From Histomonas meleagridis 2922-C6/04-290x (taxonomy: Eukaryota; Protista; Parabasalia), in the NCBI GenBank assembly GCA_020184695.1, contig JAANOX010000075.1, forward strand, positions 124,001 to 188,000: a stretch of DNA of 64,000 nucleotides, in the 5' to 3' direction. This document shows, one piece after another, positions 57,941-64,000 of this stretch; the stretch's first letter is position 1, and the number at the start of each line of letters is the position of its first letter. The translations under genes were made by a program, and so were the position numbers. A model generated the notes under the pieces. That model was not told where the DNA came from. It saw only the letters and a program-made list of their open reading frames with translations, and made no database searches.

Positions 57941-59808
57941 ATGAGAATCTTTCTTTTGTTCAGCATTATGATAATGATGAGACGATTTAGAACCGATACA
58001 AAGCTCGTTAAACCTAATATTAGACAAAAAGAAATATTACAAATACAAAAAGACAAAAACAAGGAAGCTTTTACTTACAAATGTGATAGGGAAGTTGCAA
58101 TTAATGAAATTATGATCAAAAAATCTAAAAGATTTAACAATAATTATAAAGTTTTGATAAACAAATTACTTTTAAATTTGATACCAAACAATGAATCTAC
58201 AGCAATTGTACATCATTATTTTAATAACAAACAAGAATTTCAAAGAACATATTTTCCAAACATTTCGAAAAAAGACTTTGAAATCAATATATTTGTCAAA
58301 AATAGCATATTTGAGGGAACTTTTAATGGATCTTATGAAGATATATCTTTAATGAAACGTGAATTTTCACATTTTTTGATGATGCAGAACGACAAAGAAG
58401 AAGGACCAAACATTTTGAATGTTTTACTTCATTTAACCACCGTTTTTTCAATGATGTTTTCGGTTATTTACGTCAAATTTTATCAGAAAAATACAATTTC
58501 AGCTCAGAAAATATTAATGACCAAATATAAATTGAAAAATATTTTAATTTTTGTTATGTTTTTCATGAATTCTTATCAAATATTTCATGAAGGTAATTCA
58601 ACACTTTCAATCATAAATTCAAATGAATTTAAAGATATTAACCAATATAAAAATAACACAAAATTTATAACAATCAGTGAAAATATTTATGAAATTCCAA
58701 GTGGTTCATTTTCAGAATGGCCTTTAGTTGTTTCAGTGAATTTTTGGTAACTCAGTATCAAATATTGGAAATTCAGTGTTTTTCGTCATGTTTTAATTTA
58801 GAAATAATTATTTTTGGAGAAAATGTTACAACAATTGGTGAATCAGCATTTTCATCATGTTCATCAATCAAAAACATTACAATTCCAAATTCAGTTACAG
58901 CAATTGGCAATTCTGCGTTTTCATTATGTTCTAATTTAACGATATTAACACTTGGATATGGAATAAGAGAAATTGGAGGTTCAGCATTTGGTAATTGTTA
59001 TAATCTTCAATGCATTTATTATTATGGAGACAACGAACCAGATGTTAGCGAAAATGCATTTTCTAATGTTTTTGCAAGTGTTATCACATATTCAACATAT
59101 AAAAGCAATAAATTTGGAAGTTTAGATGTCGATATTGAAAACACAGAAGGAATATGCGAACCAATTCCAACGCATTCATTTAGTCAGTCGAATACATTTT
59201 CTAATTCAAATACATATACACAGTCAGATTCAATTTCATTTTCAGCATTATATTCATTTAGTCAGTCGAATACATTTCCTAATTCGAATACATTTACTGC
59301 ATCACTTCAAAGTGATATTTCATTATCATTATCATTTTCATATACATTCACAGTTACATTATCGATTACACATTCATTAACTATTTATGAAACACAAACG
59401 AAAACATTTTCATTATATATAAATAATTCGACATTTTCATATATTGAAACAGAATTTATTTATTACAGTTATACGATTGTTATATATTCGACTTATTATA
59501 ATTATTATTCCAATTTCTTTACAATGTTTTACACTGATAATAATAATAATCAAAATAACGATAATAAAACAACAATTATTATCATTTCTGTTTGTGTAAT
59601 TGTTATAGTTATAGTCATTATCACATTATTAATTATATTATTGAAACATATTCGAAACAAAAAAGAAGAAATTTATGAAAATGATAAATCAGAACAAAAT
59701 GAAAACGAAACGACGAATACATTTACTACGGGAATAAGTAACATAAACATTGAAGAAGATCCATTTGCCGAAGATTTTCAAGAAGAAAAATTTATTGAAC
59801 AAATATAA
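57941..59808 (+). pseudogene. BspA-like TpLRR surface protein, copy 2, frameshifted by two extra T residues (pseudogene or assembly error)
   Basis: Shares 58534-59529 with copy 1 (56063-56978); extra T in runs near 58741-45 and 58789-93; tail EEDPFAEDFQEEKFIEQI. Confidence 0.75.
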
Positions 59809-60271
59809 TATGATTATCAATTAAAATACAATTTTTATGAATATTTGTATCTTTTGAAATGATAATTTTAAATATTGTTTGAATATTCTGTAACAAAAAA
59901 AATATTTAGATGATATATAACATAATATAATGCATTGCATCGAGTCTGTGTTCATATATCTGGAATAATAATATTAAATAAAGTAAATCTAACATTCATT
60001 TTAAATTATATTAAAAATAGAATTGCTTTAGCAAGAAATGTTATAAACTTTATAAAAAATCTGATAAAATAACTTAGTGTCATCTAATAAACAATTAAAT
60101 GAAATATTTCTATGAAATTGTTTTTTTGTTATAAATATCAAGTATGATTGAAAAATGAATATATATATATATGATTTACCGCTTCATGAGCAAATTAAAG
60201 TTTTTCCAGATGATGCAATAAAATCGGAAATTGAAAGAAAGGAAAATGAGGATTATGAGTAATATGAGTAA

Positions 60272-60574
60272 AAATTATTTAAATATAGAGACTATCTATT
60301 GTTCACATTCACATGCGTGTTCGCGCTGTTCTTTACATTCGCAATATTCTTGATAGTCGACTTCCCATTCGAAGGTATGACTGACACTTTGTTCATTTGT
60401 TTCGTTGAAGCACCTGAAAAATTAAAGGCATCAGCGTCAGAGTTATACGAAAGAATAAAGAACTCTTCCCCTGATTCAACGCATAAGAAACCTCACCAAG
60501 CGGAAAATGTTTCTAACGGTCTCTGTCATAAACGTGATTTTGATGTAAATCTCTCAATTCCCAATTTTTTCTAA
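60272..60574 (+). pseudogene. C-terminal fragment of a choline transporter-like (CTL/SLC44) protein
   Basis: Hydrophobic helix followed by TDTLFICFVEAPEKL..ELYERI, resembling the CTL DTxFxCFxEDP motif; no 5' portion or ATG. Confidence 0.5.
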
Positions 60575-61651
60575 CAACTCGATTTCTATCGTATTGTTCC
60601 AGCTTTATCTATAGATAAGTTTTAATTTGAAAATAAATTTTTTTTATCAAGCACTATAATGCCTGCTACTTATACATTTATACATGCTTTTACATGGTTG
60701 TGGTGAAAAAAGTTTTACATCTCCATAAAATAATAACATCTATTAAATTCACAGTTTGATCATGAATTTTTTATAATAAAATATAACAAAAGTTCACTAG
60801 TAAAAGATTTTTTTGAAGATTCTTCTTTTTCATTCTTCTTTTGTACAAACTTTTCTTTGGTTTATATTTTTGCTTATTTTTGTTGTTTTGGAGATAATAT
60901 TTGGTATTACATAAAATAAATATTAACTCTTGGTTAAAGCTTCATGCATGGATCCGAAGCCTCAAGCAAAATTTTCAATTATTTCATCAACCATTAATGA
61001 AAACAAAAAATCTTTTTCGATATTTTAATTGAATGAGAAGGATTTTTGAAGCCATTACAAAAGTATAACTGAATTACTCTTTTATAAATTATTTACTAAT
61101 TAATGTAAAGAACACTATTTGTTTTGTTGATTCTGTTCACACATGAACCCCTAAAGAGACTCTACAACTGGTTTTGCCTTTTTGCGGGGTCTATTATTAT
61201 GCGATTGAAGTTTTCCTTCTGTTGAATTCATTTTCGAAAATTGATGACTGGCTCTGGATAAAAACCAGGTGGATGCCCCATGATTTGTATGCTTTGTGGA
61301 ATTTCAAAACCTGGTGGATGATGATCATTGTTAATAGACGAAGGAAAAGAGGTTAGGTGCCTCTACTGTTTGATAATTATTGTTAATTGTTGAAGGAAAT
61401 GAATTTTCGTGAGTGGCCTGTGAGTGATGAATTCATTGTTGGTAGTTGAAGAAAATGATATCATTTCTTGTGTATTTTAGAAAAAATTCAATTATATGAG
61501 CATTTAATTATTGAAAAACCAAGTCAAAATTTCAAATTTATTGACTAAAATGTTTGGCTATTTTTTGTCAATTTTGTTTTTTGATGTCAAAACATATCAA
61601 ATCAAAAAATACACAAATAAATAAATTAAACAATCATTATTTATAAATTTG

Positions 61652-62038
61652 ATGAATATATTATATCAATCAAAAAATCAAGAAGAAAATATATGTTCAA
61701 GTTATCAATATATACTTCCAAATTATAATGAAAGTGATTTTGTGAAAAAACAAATTCAAGAATTAAAGTTAATCATTCCAAACGTCACGAACGATGAATG
61801 TTTAAATGCATTAAAATTCACAAAATATAACATTCATGAAGCAGTTCTTTTTCTTTTAGAAAAAGATAAAACTAATGAAAATAATTTAAATATAAAACAA
61901 AAAGAAAAGATAAAAATTAGTTCAAAAATTTGGAAAGAATTTGGTGGAAAATTGAATTTTTTTGAGATAGCACAAGTTTTAATTATAAGTAATAATAATG
62001 AAGAAGAAGCTATAAATATCCTTCGTACAATGATTTAA
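61652..62038 (+). CDS. Small protein with UBA-like domain(s)
   Basis: PNVTNDECLNALKFTKYNIHEAVLFLL and IAQVLIISNNNEEEAINIL. Confidence 0.55.
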   Translation: MNILYQSKNQEENICSSYQYILPNYNESDFVKKQIQELKLIIPNVTNDECLNALKFTKYNIHEAVLFLLEKDKTNENNLNIKQKEKIKISSKIWKEFGGKLNFFEIAQVLIISNNNEEEAINILRTMI

Positions 62039-62263
62039 TATCAATAAATATTAAAAATAATATAAACATGAGTTTTTTTATCTAAATGAGTTTATTTCAA
62101 GTATTGAAATCAAGGACAAAATCAGAAAATTTAAGTTATCGTAAAAACCCTCTACACTGATCGGCAAAATAAGGATTGGAGTTTGGAGAAGATACTTCAG
62201 ATAAATTTGAATATTAAGCCAACTCCTAATTATTATTTTTTTAAATAAAATAACTTTTTTATT

Positions 62264-64000
62264 TCATTGTGTTTCAATTAAACCATTTGTTTCATTATAC
62301 GTATGGAATAATGTAACTACTTCTACGTTACGATTTTCTGTTGCGAGTGTAAGTGCTGTCTGGATTATTTTAAATAAATTCCAAACATTATTTTGAAATA
62401 TGGAATTAATGAAACAGATATTATATAATCCAAATAAATATTTTTAGCATTAATATCAATTCCTTCTTGCTCAAGAAGTAATTTAACTATTTCTGTATGA
62501 CCATTTAAAGATGCTAAAATAATTGCTGTTTCAAGTAATTTAAATAATTTCCAAATATTATTTTGAAATCTTAAATTATCTAAATAAATTTTAAATAAAA
62601 CAAATAAATATTTTTAGCATTAATATCAATTCCTTCTTGTTTAAGAAGTAATTTAACTATTTCTGTATGACCTACTTCAGATGCATATATAAGTGCTGTC
62701 CAAAATAATTTAAATAATTTCCAAATATTATTTTGAAATATAAAATCATTAAAATAAATCTTAAATAAAACAAATAAGTATCTTTAGCATTAATATCAAT
62801 TCCATTTTGTTCAAGAAGTAATTTAACTATTTCTGTATGACCATTTAAAGATGCATAAATTAGTGCTGTATAAAATAATTTAAATAATTTCCAAATATTA
62901 TTTTGAAACTCCATATTATTAGAATAAATTTTAAATCAATCAATCAAATATGTTTAATATTTACATTAATTCCTTTATGTCCAAGAAGCAATTTAACTAT
63001 TTCTATATACCCATTTGTAGATGCAAGAATTAGTGCTGCATTAAATATTTTAAATAATTTCCAAATATTATTTTGAAACATAAAATTTTTAAAAGAAAAA
63101 ATATCTTGAATATTTGCATCAATACCTTCTTGTTCAAGAAGTAATTTAACTACTTTTACATTGCCAAATGTAGATGCAAGTATTAATGCAGAATCAAATA
63201 ATTTAAATAATTTCCAAATATTATTTTTGAATTTCAAATTATAAATATAAATCCATTATAAAAAAAACAAATACTATATTTAACATTGATGTTGTCAATA
63301 GCTTTTAGTTTAAGAAGATATTTAACTGTTCCTGCTTTTCCATGTGCGGATGCAAGAATAAACAAATCTTTAAAAAATTTAAATAAATTCGAAATAATGA
63401 ATTAAAATAATAAATATATAGTATGTATATTAAATATAATAAAAAAATTTTTTTTGATATCGGTATCGATTCCTTCTTGTTCAAGAAGTAGCTTAGTTAT
63501 TTTTGATTTATCCAAATAAATCCAAAAAGAAAAAAGTAAATACCTTTAGCATTAATATCAATTCGTTTTTGTTCAATAATATATTTTATTATATTTATGT
63601 AGCCCATATTTGCTGCACATGTAAATGCTAAACAAAATAAAAATAATAAATTTCAAATCTGATTATTAAAAATAAAATAATTAATAGAAATAGTAAATAA
63701 AACATATAAATTGTTTTTAGATTAACATTCTCTTCTTGCTCTATAAAATATTTAACAAATTCTAAGACACCTTTCGAAGCCATATGCCTCAAAATACGAA
63801 TCTTCAAATATTTTTAAAAACGTAAAAATTTGTTTTAAACCTTTCAATGATATTAATAAAACTTAATAGAAATTAATTAATACTTTTATTATTTTTAATA
63901 TTTCGATTATTCATCAAGTAATTAAAAAGTTCTTTATTACCAGAAAATGTTGAAATAAGAAAAAATTGTATTATTGGATTATTAACACCTCTAAGTAAAT
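62264..64000 (-). CDS. 3' part of a second ankyrin-repeat gene (5' end beyond the window), interrupted by the same spacers
   Basis: About 10 ankyrin blocks (xTALIxASxNGHTEIVKLLLEQEGIDINAK); terminal block ends at TGA 62264-66. Confidence 0.75.
62363..63884 (-). repeat. ~170-nt tandem unit: 90-nt ankyrin block plus 80-nt spacer
   Basis: Spacers 62363-62442, 62533-62612, 62703-62782, 62873-62952, 63635-63714 and 63805-63884 (80 nt each), 63043-63105 (63), 63196-63278 (83), 63372-63452 (81), and a partial one at about 63504-63544. Confidence 0.92.

Noticed and set aside
61140-61470. GC-richer minus-strand stretch with duplicated CATCCACC(A/T)GGTTTT and P/H-rich frames
   Set aside because: Probably a decayed gene fragment, but several frameshifts are needed and no family can be assigned

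Overview
AT-rich, gene-dense eukaryotic genomic DNA from a parabasalid protist (Tritrichomonas/Trichomonas-like). The assignment is inferred from a succinyl-CoA synthetase alpha subunit with a hydrogenosomal-type presequence, Inr (TCAYT) elements just upstream of ATGs, DUF3447-ankyrin and BspA-like LRR genes, and a 26-nt spliceosomal intron. The standard genetic code fits. The window holds about 30 protein genes (MED7, Hsp70, bromodomain/ET, Sec7-PH, TRAPPC8-like, DOCK, PP2A B56-like, RPF2, SCS-alpha, Myb proteins, BRCT protein, Serinc, SHQ1, Rab, RhoGAP, class M sirtuin, BspA-like pair and others), a decayed IS630/Tc1/mariner transposase fused to a Myb fragment, a TA-flanked MITE-like element and several pseudogene fragments. 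The standout signal is in two ankyrin-repeat genes about 58 kb apart on opposite strands. Nearly every ankyrin repeat is an intact ~90-nt coding block, and the inter-repeat beta-hairpin is replaced at the same codon by an AT-rich spacer (usually exactly 80 nt) built from 20-nt modules. These spacers break the frame, lack GT-AG and branch-point signals, and in one pairwise comparison are better conserved between loci than the coding blocks. They are candidates for an undescribed non-canonical intron or recoding element. No rRNA, tRNA or CRISPR array was recognised. All family calls come from recalled motifs; no database search was run.
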